From Candidatus Poribacteria bacterium (GTDB taxonomy: Bacteria > Poribacteria > WGA-4E > WGA-3G): a DNA stretch of 64,000 nucleotides. The DNA lies in contig CAXXUA010000005.1 in assembly GCA_963663765.2 (NCBI GenBank), positions 416,001 through 480,000 of the forward strand, read 5' to 3'. Every line of letters begins with the position of its first letter. Within the stretch, counting starts at the first letter, position 1. Position numbers and translations under genes: made by a program. The notes beneath the pieces were generated by a model. It did no database searches and had not been told where the DNA came from. It saw nothing but the letters and a program-made list of their open reading frames with translations. Shown here piece by piece: positions 9,164 to 18,887 of the stretch.

Positions 9164-10240
9164 ATGCCCTACAAAACACACAAGATTACATTGAATCCGA
9201 ACAACAAACAACGCACATGGTTTGCTCAGCAATGCGGATATGCACGTTTTGCGTATAATCAAGCGTTAGCAGATTTCAAGCGTGGATTAGATAATGACAA
9301 CTTCCAATCGTGGCAAACACTGAACGTCAATTTCAATCAAACGAAAAAGCATTATGATTGGACACGTTCACAAGACCAACGTGCTGCTTTATACGCCATC
9401 AAGAATTTGGGACAAGCAGTTACGAATTGGGTTAACAAACGCACGAAGTTCCCGAAGTTTAAAAAGCGTGGGATTAGGGATACATGGACAACAGACGAAC
9501 AATCTGTGAAAATTGAAGGCAAGAAGGTCCGGTTGCCTAAGGTTGGTTGGGTCAAAATGCGTCAAGCATTGCGTTTTGTAGGGAAGATTATCAGCGTGAC
9601 GATCTCAAGGACAGCACATCGTTGGTTTATATCTATCACTGTAGAAACAGAGGACACCGAAGTCGTTGACAATTCAACGCACCCTGTTATCGGTATAGAT
9701 GTAGGCATCAACACCCTTGCCACCTTGAGTAATGACACGAAATATGAGAATCCAAGACCCTTGAAACGCTATGAGAGAAAACTAAAGAGGGAACAACGCA
9801 AGTTGAGTCGGCGTGTTTTCAAGTCAAAAAACTGGTTCAAGCAGAAACACAAGTTAGAACGTCTCCACTATCGTATCGCTTGTATCCGAAACGATGCACA
9901 CCACAAAGCAACTACAGAGATCGTCAACCTTGCATCTACTATCAGCATTGAGACACTAAAAATAACGAACATGCTAAAGAATAGAAAACTTGCAAAGGCG
10001 TTATCGGATTCAGCGTTAAGCGGGTTTCTCAATAAGCTAAAAACGAAAGCAGATGCTTTCGGAATACCTGTATTACAAGCACCGATATTCTATGCTTCAA
10101 GCAAAACTTGTAGTCGTTGTAGACACAAGAAAGATGATTTGACGCTATCAGAGAGAACTTATCATTGTAATCAATGCGACTATCAAATAGATAGAGACAT
10201 AAATGCTGCAATCAACCTAAGAACCCTCGCTGTCGGATAG
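9164..10240 (+). CDS. tnpB: RNA-guided endonuclease TnpB
   Basis: N-terminal THKI.L.PN HTH; RuvC D (GIDVG), E (IETL) and D (DRDINAA); CxxC...CxxC zinc finger. Start ATG 9164 preferred over 9134 by alignment to copy 2. Confidence 0.93.
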   Translation: MPYKTHKITLNPNNKQRTWFAQQCGYARFAYNQALADFKRGLDNDNFQSWQTLNVNFNQTKKHYDWTRSQDQRAALYAIKNLGQAVTNWVNKRTKFPKFKKRGIRDTWTTDEQSVKIEGKKVRLPKVGWVKMRQALRFVGKIISVTISRTAHRWFISITVETEDTEVVDNSTHPVIGIDVGINTLATLSNDTKYENPRPLKRYERKLKREQRKLSRRVFKSKNWFKQKHKLERLHYRIACIRNDAHHKATTEIVNLASTISIETLKITNMLKNRKLAKALSDSALSGFLNKLKTKADAFGIPVLQAPIFYASSKTCSRCRHKKDDLTLSERTYHCNQCDYQIDRDINAAINLRTLAVG

Positions 10241-10400
10241 ACAGAGAGCATAAACGCTTGTGGAGTCCGAATAAGACCTCACGCAGTTCAGGATAGAGGC
10301 ACGAGAGACGGAAGCAGGAATCACACAGAGGAGAGTTATGTGTTTCAAAGAAGCACACGACTTTAGGCGTCGTGAGTATCACGAATGACTGTATTCCATT
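10232..10400 (+). ncRNA. Putative omegaRNA/reRNA of TnpB element 1 (scaffold plus flank-derived guide; boundaries approximate)
   Basis: Block ACGCTTGTGGAG...ATAAGACC...GGCACGAGA.ACGGAAGCAGGAA is conserved with 47537-47602 and runs into the right end. Confidence 0.6.
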
Positions 10401-11183
10401 ACACTGGTCTTTTGACTACAATCATGGTGCACAGAAACCTGACTTTGCACAAGAATTGACCCAATTACTTCATGGGTATATAGACAATTTTTCTAATGTT
10501 GATTTAAACAGAGATGTAGGTGAGAATTATAGTAGGCAGACTTATCAGATTTTACCGAATTTCTGGCGTGGTTATGTAAGACAGAATAACCCAGAAGGCA
10601 CTTCACATATTGGAAAAGTTGTGGTTGAACGTCAGAAACAGAACGGAGATACTTGGCAATATAGTGTCCAATATAAAAACACGACAAACGGTGAGGATAT
10701 AAGACTACATTTCTGTTGTCGTGATGATGTTTACCGTTCACTCATAGAAAGTTGGACTGTTGAAGTAAACAATAGTTGTATTGACCAATATTCAGGTCTT
10801 AAATTGAAAGGATATATTAGCAAAGACTCTGAGATTCGACTTCGTTATAATGATACGGAAATTACGACTGCAACGTTGGCAAACGCTTTACCATTAACAT
10901 GTAATTGGGCACTTTTTGATGTGATTTCCAATATTTCTGAACAGATTAGAAAGTCTGAAAAAAATGAAACGATTGTGCTTCTTGATGACCTTGAGCAATT
11001 CAGACCAAGGAACACTTTTGGATACCTTGAATCTATTGAATTTCCAATTCCACTTGATGGGTATTACCTCCACGGTATAGGTGCATTACCTTCTTATTGG
11101 TGGGTTGACAAAAACAATAATGTTGCAATTGTATCAAGTGTCTTTGAGACGTTGGTTTTGAGAGAGACAGTGGGAGATTCTCC

Positions 11184-12608
11184 ATGAGTGACCGACCAAA
11201 TATCATCTTTATTAACACTGATCAGCACTCTTGGAATGCGATATCTGCATACAATAATCCGTATCTCCAAACACCAAATATTGACTTACTTCATCGCAAT
11301 GGTACATCCTTTAGCAAGTCTTACTGTACTGATCCGGTGTGTGCGGCTGCACGTTCCAGTTGGGCAACAGGCTTATATACATCGGAAACGGGTGTGCCTT
11401 TCAATGGGGGTCATCTTCATGGAAACATCCCAGACATTGGACAGGTGTTGTCTGCTTCAGGTTATAGAGTGTTCCATTGCGGAAAGTGGCATGTGCCTGG
11501 ACGGGATGTACGCGAGAGCTTCGATACTCTGTATTATGGAAGACAAAAAATTGGTGCAGGGGGTGCAGCGTATTTTGATTCTGCTTCTACACATGCCGTA
11601 GCAAACTTTCTAATAAATTACGAAGGTAAGGACCCATTCTATCTGCAAATTGGATACATTGATCCGCATGATGTATGTGAGTATCTGCATAACCATGAGG
11701 AAAAAAGAATTCCTAACCCCGTGGAACAGGGCATACTGAAAGAGGACGATCTACCACCGTTACCTGAGAACTTTCTTTATGATGAACGAGAGACTGTATT
11801 ACATCGTGTCTGTAAACGAATTGACAATCAACTGATTCATGAAAAAATAAAAAAATCTGTTCGGAACTGGGATGAACTTCAGTGGAGATATTTAAGATGG
11901 AGTTATTACCGATTTATTGAGAAGGTAGATGCAGAGATTGGGAGAGTGCTTTCACTGCTCAAACAGACATCATTCTGTGATAAGACCTTGATAGTTTTTA
12001 GTGCTGATCATGGGGAGGCATGTGGTAGTCATCAGTTGTTTCAGAAATTTGACCTATATGAGGAGAGTGTTCGAGTTCCTTTTATTGTATCGTGTTTAGG
12101 TGATAGTGTTGATGTTGGTAAAGAGCACATGAATGAAACACATTTTGTATCTGGAGTTGATTTATTTCCAACTGTATGTGATTATGCTGAGATTGAAATT
12201 CCCAATAGATGCCAAGGAATGAGTATCAGACCCATTGTGGAAGGTAAAGAATCTGCTTGGAGAGAATACGCATTTATTGAGAGTAATTATTGGGGTCGGG
12301 CAATTGTTACTGATGACTATAAATATGTTACGGAATATAAGCCAAAAGAAGCTGAAGATTTTATACCGCCTGGTCCGGACGCTGAGCAACTTGGGCTTGT
12401 TCAGTTGTTTAGCAAACATGATGATCCTTGGGAAACGCAAAATCTTGCTGAAGAACCTGAGTATCAGGAAGTTATCAACTCATGTCGGGATAAACTGCTA
12501 ACACAAGAAAGTCAATTAATCAGACAACCAATTACTAACAAAGGACCGCAAAACGTTATATCTAATTGGGGTAAACGATTGCGCGAGTATTGGGAATATG
12601 AGAATTAA
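11184..12608 (+). CDS. Sulfatase (formylglycine-dependent)
   Basis: PNIIFINTDQ, CAAAR, GKWH and SADHGE motifs. Confidence 0.9.
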   Translation: MSDRPNIIFINTDQHSWNAISAYNNPYLQTPNIDLLHRNGTSFSKSYCTDPVCAAARSSWATGLYTSETGVPFNGGHLHGNIPDIGQVLSASGYRVFHCGKWHVPGRDVRESFDTLYYGRQKIGAGGAAYFDSASTHAVANFLINYEGKDPFYLQIGYIDPHDVCEYLHNHEEKRIPNPVEQGILKEDDLPPLPENFLYDERETVLHRVCKRIDNQLIHEKIKKSVRNWDELQWRYLRWSYYRFIEKVDAEIGRVLSLLKQTSFCDKTLIVFSADHGEACGSHQLFQKFDLYEESVRVPFIVSCLGDSVDVGKEHMNETHFVSGVDLFPTVCDYAEIEIPNRCQGMSIRPIVEGKESAWREYAFIESNYWGRAIVTDDYKYVTEYKPKEAEDFIPPGPDAEQLGLVQLFSKHDDPWETQNLAEEPEYQEVINSCRDKLLTQESQLIRQPITNKGPQNVISNWGKRLREYWEYEN

Positions 12609-12645
12609 ACTACAGATGCATTAACAAATTAAACAGGATTACAAA

Positions 12646-13854
12646 ATGTCAATATTTTCAAAACGATTGAATCGGTTACCACCTTACATGTTTGGTAAAC
12701 TGAAACAACTAACGTATGAACGACGTCAGCAAGGTATAGATATTATTGATTTGGGGATGGGTAATCCGAATCAACCCACACCCCAACCGATAATTGATAA
12801 GTTGACAGAAGCTGCACAAGAACTCAGAAATCATCGTTATTCCGCATCACGCGGTATCTACAATTTTCGTAGGGAAGTAGGATGGCATTATGAAAGACGT
12901 TATGGTGTAGACATTGACCCAAATGAGGAAGCAATTGCTGTCATCGGTACGAAAGAAGGTCTTGGACATCTTGCTTTAGCTTTGATTGATGAGGGTGACT
13001 TGGCGATGGTACCGAATCCTACCTTTCCTATCCACATGTATAGTATTGTTCTTGCAGGGGGTAGTGTTGTTAGTATCCCACTGATAGAGGAGAATGATTT
13101 TGTGCCCTCTGTTGCTGAGATTACACGTGATATATGGCCCCGACCGAAGGTGCTGATTCTGAGTTTTCCACATAATCCGACTGGTGCGGTGGTGGAGTTA
13201 GATTTCTTTGAAGAGGTTGTTCAGTTTGCTAAACAACAGGATATGATAGTTATCCACGATTTGGCTTATGCTGACATTGTATTTGATGGGTACAAAGCAC
13301 CGAGTTTCCTGCAAGCAAAGGGTGCGAAAGATGTTGGAGTTGAGTTTATATCGCTATCCAAATCCTATAACATGGCGGGGTGGCGATGTGGGTTTGCGGC
13401 TGGTAATCGTGACATCATTGAAGCCCTTGCACGTATAAAAGGATATTATGATTATGGTATCTTTGCTCCCATTCAGATTGCTGCTATAATGGCGTTACGC
13501 ACACCCGATGATGTGGTGATGGAGAACGCTGATGTGTATCGTAGTCGCCGGGATGTTTTGGTTGAAGGGTTAAACCGTATGGGATGGACAGTGTCAAAGC
13601 CGCAAGCGTCAATGTTTGTTTGGGCACCTATCCCTGAAAAATGGAAACATTTGAATTCTTTGGATTTTTCTATGAAACTTCTTAATGAAGCAGAGGTGTG
13701 TGTTTCTCCGGGTGCTGGATTCGGTCATAACGGTGAGGGATATATACGAATTGCTCTTGTAGAGAACGAGGATAGAATTCGTCAAGCATTACGACAGATA
13801 AAACGTGCTTTGTTCGCTGACAGTATTGACAATGTTAAGGAGAATGAGAAGTAA
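12646..13854 (+). CDS. Class I/II PLP aminotransferase (AlaC/DapC-like)
   Basis: IDLGMGNP, FPHNPTG, HDLAY, SLSKSYNMAGWR motifs. Confidence 0.88.
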   Translation: MSIFSKRLNRLPPYMFGKLKQLTYERRQQGIDIIDLGMGNPNQPTPQPIIDKLTEAAQELRNHRYSASRGIYNFRREVGWHYERRYGVDIDPNEEAIAVIGTKEGLGHLALALIDEGDLAMVPNPTFPIHMYSIVLAGGSVVSIPLIEENDFVPSVAEITRDIWPRPKVLILSFPHNPTGAVVELDFFEEVVQFAKQQDMIVIHDLAYADIVFDGYKAPSFLQAKGAKDVGVEFISLSKSYNMAGWRCGFAAGNRDIIEALARIKGYYDYGIFAPIQIAAIMALRTPDDVVMENADVYRSRRDVLVEGLNRMGWTVSKPQASMFVWAPIPEKWKHLNSLDFSMKLLNEAEVCVSPGAGFGHNGEGYIRIALVENEDRIRQALRQIKRALFADSIDNVKENEK

Positions 13855-13917
13855 AGTTTATGACTTATACAATGGTTTAACGTTCAGAATCGCGGATGAC
13901 GCGGATGATACCTCTTA

Positions 13918-14039
13918 GTAGGAGCGACCTCCTGGTCGCGACCGTGTTTGAATACAGTGTGACCAGTAAATCAACGGTATGAATCATGGCGAATACCATA
14001 CGCGCATTCGCCCAAAGGCATTCCCCAGTTCGCTCCTAC
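13918..14039. repeat. Inverted pair of GTAG-type REP sequences (REPIN/BIME-like)
   Basis: GTAGGAGCGA ... TCGCTCCTAC enclosing the recurrent AAATCAACGGTATGAAT motif. Confidence 0.6.
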
Positions 14040-14285
14040 GAAATAAAAGAATAGAATACTTACATGACAACCGATATGGCAAATTGTAAAAATGTAACTT
14101 ATTCTCAAATTTCACCAAAAAATGACGAAGACGTTCCTTCAATTAAGTAAATTTCATCAACAAAGAATTCTTAAAACTAAATAGCCCTGGATGTTCTGAA
14201 AATCCCATTGCTTAAAACCTTCCCTTATGCTACAATAGATAACCGAATCAACTAACAGAAATGGAGCAGAAAACAAACAAATTAT

Positions 14286-17200
14286 ATGACATTTCAAGAG
14301 ATAATATTAGCATTAGAGAAGTTTTGGGCAGATCACGGATGTATTATTCAACAACCTTGCGATATAGAAGTCGGAGCAGGTACATTTAACCCCGCAACAT
14401 TTTTGCGATGCCTTGGTCCAGAACCGTGGCAGGTGGCTTATGTAGAACCTGTGCGGCGTCCCACCGATGGCAGATATGCTGAAAACCCCTTCCGCCTCGG
14501 TGCATACTACCAATATCAAGTCATTCTTAAACCAGCACCAGAAAACGTGCTGCCTCTTTATCTTGAGAGTCTTTACCATCTGGGTATCTCTCCCCGCAAA
14601 AACGACATCCGCTTTGTAGAAGATGACTGGGAATCTCCTACACTTGGTGCGTCTGGTCTTGGCTGGGAAGTTTGGTGGAATGGTGCTGAAGTCACACAGT
14701 TCACCTATTTTCAACAGATGGGTAGCATAGAACTTGATCCGATCTGTGCTGAGATTACTTATGGGTTGGAACGTATTGCGCTCTACCATCAGGATGTTGA
14801 CACTTTTTTTGACATCCGTTGGAATGACCACCTGAATTACGGAGATGTCCATCACAGAAGCGAAGTGGAATACTCAACCTACAACTTTGAACATGCGAAT
14901 GTAGATATGCTTTTTGATCAATTTAGTACGTATGAGAAGGAAACGCATGCTTGTTTAGATGCGGGTTTAGTCCTTCCTGCTACTGACCATGTTTTGAAAT
15001 GTTCACACACCTTCAATATGCTTGATGCAAGGGGGGTTATCAGTGTTACAGAACGGGTGAGTTACATTGAACGGGTGCGTCGACTTGCCCAACGTATAGC
15101 ACGTGCTTATGTTACACAACGCGAGGAGATGGGACATCCGCTTATAGGAAGTTTCAGTACAGAATCAACCAACGTAGCATTAGATGTGGCATCTATCATT
15201 ACCGATCCGAGCGAAGATCAGCTGGCAACAGATTTGCTGTTTGAGATCGGTACGGAAGAGATACCCGCGAGTTATGTTCCTCCAGCATTAGAGCAGCTTC
15301 AAGAAATTGTAGCTAAGTCTCTTACAGAGCATCGAATTCCATTCAAAGAACTACAAACTTTAGGCACACCACGACGTATTACACTTGCAATCAAAGATTT
15401 GCAAATCAAGCAGGAAAGCATTGAGACAGAAGTTGTTGGACCACCCAAAAGTATTGCTTATGATGAGAACGGAGAACCGACAAAAGCAGCAATAGGTTTT
15501 GCGAAGACACAAGGTGTAGAAATTTCAGACCTTCGTATCGTTGAAACTGAACGTGGAGAATACATCGCTGCATCCAAACGTGAGGAAGGAAAATCTACAC
15601 ATGAACTGTTGGAAACGCTTTTACCCGAGTGGATTGAAGCACTTCGTTTTCCAAAAACGATGCGATGGGAAATAAATTCTGAAGATTCGCGTGATTTTGC
15701 TCGATTTGCGCGTCCCATTAGGTGGCTTGTGGCACTATTTGGGGATGGAATTGTCAATTGCACTTATGGGAATGCGCACGCAGGAAGAATAACTTTCGGA
15801 CATCGGTCTTTACATCACAATGCAATCACTTTGCTATCAGCTGACTTAGACACATACTTGGAAAAGTTACATGCTGCAGGTGTAATCGTCTGTCATAAGC
15901 AACGTAGAGATACAATAGAAAAGCAGGTCAGAACTATATTAGAAGATGAAGGATGTCTCGCTATAATAGATGAAGAATTGCTTGACACAGTGAACTATCT
16001 TGTAGAAAATCCGCAACCGATTGTCGGTAATTTTAGTGAGTCTCATCTTGAGCTGCCTCCTGAAGTGCTGATTACTGCAATGAAGAAACATCAACGGTAT
16101 TTTCCTATGTGGAAAAGTGAAACTGAACTTGTAGCGAAGTTTATCACGATTTCCAATGGTACAGATGGTAATATTGATGGTGTTCGTCACGGAAATGAAC
16201 GTGTGTTAAACGCACGGTTGGACGATGCGGAGTTCTTTTACAAAGAGGACCAGAAAACGAGTTTATTGGAAAAGGTTGAAAAATTAGGTTCAGTTATATT
16301 TCATGCAAAACTCGGATCACTATTAGATAAAGCAGAACGGCTTCAGTCTTTGGTAAAGTTCATAAGCACAGAATTAGCGTTGTCAGAAACGATTATTCAT
16401 CAGATAGGGCACGCAGCATGGTTATGTAAAGCAGACTTAACCACACAAATGGTCATAGAATTCCCTTCATTGCAGGGAATTATGGGTAGATATTATGCCC
16501 AAAATTCTGGTGAACCCGAACTGGTTGCAAGTGCCATTGCAGAGCATTATCAACCGCTTGGTGCGGATTCACCCTTACCTGAAACCGAAATCGGTGCAGT
16601 GCTTGCGATTGCAGATAAACTTGATACCATAGTGGGTTACTTTGGTATTGAGGAACGTCCAACAGGTTCACAGGACCCATATTCTCTAAGACGGCATGCA
16701 CTCGGTATAATCCGCATTCTTCAGGACAGGGAACTGCCAATCTCAGTTGATAGTGTTCTCAAAAAGGCTAAATCTTTATATGAGGTAGAATTAACAGATG
16801 ATACCGAGGGAAGTGTCCTTAATTTCTTTAGAGATCGTTTGCGCGTGATAATACAGACACTTGGATACACACCAGACATTGCTGATGCGGTGTTAGCTGT
16901 CGGTGAAGTAGACATAGTGGATATACTCAACCGTGCAGAAACGCTTGCTGAATTTCGCTTGACGTCTAATTTCGAAGTAGTATATAATGCACTCAATCGG
17001 GTGTTGAGAATCTTACCTGAAAATGCACCGAAAAAAGTGGATAAAGAATTGCTCAAAGATGACGCTGAAATAGAACTCTACAATCACATTTCAAATTCCA
17101 AATCCAACTTAGAAATAGCAATTCAACAGCATGAGTATATGAAACTGTTGATTTACTTAACAGAACTGCAACCCGTTATAGATCGGTTTTTTGATGACGT

Positions 17201-17318
17201 TCTCGTTATGGCGGAGAATTCGGCTGTACGCTCAAATCGAATAGCTTTGCTAAATTTGATTGCGGGACCTGTCTATGCTGTAGCCGATCTTACGAAATTG
17301 GTAATTGCGGGAGAATAG
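14286..17318 (+). CDS. glyQS: Glycine--tRNA ligase, fused alpha and beta subunits
   Basis: Alpha part ([28 protein letters not shown]) runs without a stop into the beta part ([29 protein letters not shown]). Confidence 0.95.
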   Translation: MTFQEIILALEKFWADHGCIIQQPCDIEVGAGTFNPATFLRCLGPEPWQVAYVEPVRRPTDGRYAENPFRLGAYYQYQVILKPAPENVLPLYLESLYHLGISPRKNDIRFVEDDWESPTLGASGLGWEVWWNGAEVTQFTYFQQMGSIELDPICAEITYGLERIALYHQDVDTFFDIRWNDHLNYGDVHHRSEVEYSTYNFEHANVDMLFDQFSTYEKETHACLDAGLVLPATDHVLKCSHTFNMLDARGVISVTERVSYIERVRRLAQRIARAYVTQREEMGHPLIGSFSTESTNVALDVASIITDPSEDQLATDLLFEIGTEEIPASYVPPALEQLQEIVAKSLTEHRIPFKELQTLGTPRRITLAIKDLQIKQESIETEVVGPPKSIAYDENGEPTKAAIGFAKTQGVEISDLRIVETERGEYIAASKREEGKSTHELLETLLPEWIEALRFPKTMRWEINSEDSRDFARFARPIRWLVALFGDGIVNCTYGNAHAGRITFGHRSLHHNAITLLSADLDTYLEKLHAAGVIVCHKQRRDTIEKQVRTILEDEGCLAIIDEELLDTVNYLVENPQPIVGNFSESHLELPPEVLITAMKKHQRYFPMWKSETELVAKFITISNGTDGNIDGVRHGNERVLNARLDDAEFFYKEDQKTSLLEKVEKLGSVIFHAKLGSLLDKAERLQSLVKFISTELALSETIIHQIGHAAWLCKADLTTQMVIEFPSLQGIMGRYYAQNSGEPELVASAIAEHYQPLGADSPLPETEIGAVLAIADKLDTIVGYFGIEERPTGSQDPYSLRRHALGIIRILQDRELPISVDSVLKKAKSLYEVELTDDTEGSVLNFFRDRLRVIIQTLGYTPDIADAVLAVGEVDIVDILNRAETLAEFRLTSNFEVVYNALNRVLRILPENAPKKVDKELLKDDAEIELYNHISNSKSNLEIAIQQHEYMKLLIYLTELQPVIDRFFDDVLVMAENSAVRSNRIALLNLIAGPVYAVADLTKLVIAGE

Positions 17319-17327
17319 TCTCAATTT

Positions 17328-17527
17328 CAGGACTTACGCACCCAACAGTAGGCGCGTTGGAAACCGAAAAAATGCTGAATATTACACCTTTTTCGTCATA
17401 ATTCTTCATCAAATCATGAAAACTGCGTAATACCAAATAAACGGAATTTATCTTTTTCCAACGGTAGGTGCGGTTTCCTAACCGCACACTTAGCAAGACG
17501 AATCACGCTAATTGGGTATAAGTCCTG
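17328..17527. mobile_element. MITE family A copy (TSD AATTT) with a nested family-E MITE at 17431-17518 (TSD TAA)
   Basis: Right TIR is split as TGCG-TAA[TACCAAAT...ATTGGGTA]TAA-GTCCTG. Confidence 0.75.
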
Positions 17528-17537
17528 AATTTATATT

Positions 17538-18812
17538 ATGAATATCAAAAAGTATCTCCGTTCTTTAACTGATTATTTTTTCACGGATATTAAGATATTA
17601 AGTTCTTTTGAAAACGCTTTTACTAAGATCGTAGAAAAGAGCAAACCTGCTGTTGTCAGCCTTACCATAGATAAAGGTGAAGAGAAAAAGAACACTACAG
17701 GCTCAGGTTTTATTTTTCGGAAAGATGGTCATATTTTAACGAATGAACATGTAGTGAATGGGGCAAAAAGTATCACGGTAAGATTATTCAATGGTAGTAC
17801 GTTTGAAGCAAACGTTGTTGGGGGCGATCCGAACACTGACATAGCGGTCATAAAAATTGAACGTGACAAAGAGTTTCCGTTTCTCTCAATTGCGGATTCC
17901 AAAAGCGTTAGGGTTGGCCAATTTGCTATTACTATCGGTGATCCGATAGGTTATAGACAAACTGTGACTGCTGGTATTGTTGGAGGTATAGATCGTTGTT
18001 TTCACACGAAAGATTCAAAACTTTTTCAATATCATAATAATTACATCCAAACAGATGCTTGGATTAACCCAGGCAGTAGTGGTGGTCCTTTACTTAATAG
18101 TAAAGGAGAAGTTATAGGTATAACTTCCTTAAACCCGGGAGAGGGATCAACCTTAGCGATTAATAGTGAACTCGCGAAAACAATTGGAGATCAATTGATT
18201 TCGCACGGGAAAGTTATCCGTGGCTACATTGATGCGAAAATGCAAAGTGTATCACAAGGTATCAAAATTACAGAAGTGGAACCTTGCACATCAGCATCCG
18301 AATGTGGTTTAGAAGTTAATGACATTATAGTTGAATTTGATGAGGAACAGGTACCCAAACTTTATGGATTCAGATTGAAGGTTGCGGAGTGCCAGATTGG
18401 CAAGCAATATCCGATCAAAGTGTTACGTAAAGAACAGGAAATCACAATCAATTTGACTATTGATGAGATGCCACCTAAATTAGTAGGTGGTTCTGTGAAA
18501 ACGAAGTCTGTTTCTTGGAAAACGCTTGGTTTATCTGTACGTAATTTAGAAAATGGCATTTATAAAAGATATTCCTACCTAAGTGAGGAAGATAAGGGCA
18601 TAATCGTTGAGAAGGTTAAAAAAGATTCCCCCAGTTTCAATGCGAATATTCCACGTAACGCACTCATCATTGCAATTAATGGACAAGACACTAATGATGT
18701 TCAAACTCTTGAGACGTTTCTACAAGAAAATCAAGACATATCAAATGTGACTCTTGATATTAAAAGTATTCATGGCATTGAAAAGGCAACGGTGGAGTTG
18801 AGTAAAGATTAG
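17538..18812 (+). CDS. htrA: HtrA/DegP-family serine protease with two PDZ domains
   Basis: GSGF, TNEHVV, DIAVIK and QTDAWINPGSSGGPL motifs. Confidence 0.88.
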   Translation: MNIKKYLRSLTDYFFTDIKILSSFENAFTKIVEKSKPAVVSLTIDKGEEKKNTTGSGFIFRKDGHILTNEHVVNGAKSITVRLFNGSTFEANVVGGDPNTDIAVIKIERDKEFPFLSIADSKSVRVGQFAITIGDPIGYRQTVTAGIVGGIDRCFHTKDSKLFQYHNNYIQTDAWINPGSSGGPLLNSKGEVIGITSLNPGEGSTLAINSELAKTIGDQLISHGKVIRGYIDAKMQSVSQGIKITEVEPCTSASECGLEVNDIIVEFDEEQVPKLYGFRLKVAECQIGKQYPIKVLRKEQEITINLTIDEMPPKLVGGSVKTKSVSWKTLGLSVRNLENGIYKRYSYLSEEDKGIIVEKVKKDSPSFNANIPRNALIIAINGQDTNDVQTLETFLQENQDISNVTLDIKSIHGIEKATVELSKD

Positions 18813-18887
18813 GTTATAGTGGAAGTCTGTAAAAGTCTTATATTTCTGATACCTTGATTTCTGTTGAGTTTGTTGAGGCAAAATTAT

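Larger units (their letters stand above)
9007..10382 (+). mobile_element. IS200/IS605-family element 1 (IS1341-like, tnpB only)
   Basis: Left-end hairpin CCCAAGCAT-TT-ATGCTTGGG from 9024; right-end hairpin followed by GAGTATCAC ending 10382; guide/cleavage pairs CAAT/TGAA and GAAG/TCAC fit the IS608 rule. Confidence 0.8.
8909..11187 (+). pseudogene. Hypothetical gene interrupted by TnpB element 1 (5' part 8909 or 9002 to 9006; 3' part 10383-11187)
   Basis: Removing 9007-10382 restores ATG AA|G AAT GAC TGT (MKNDCIPLHW), in frame with the 10372-11187 ORF and with an upstream ATG at 8909. Confidence 0.65.
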
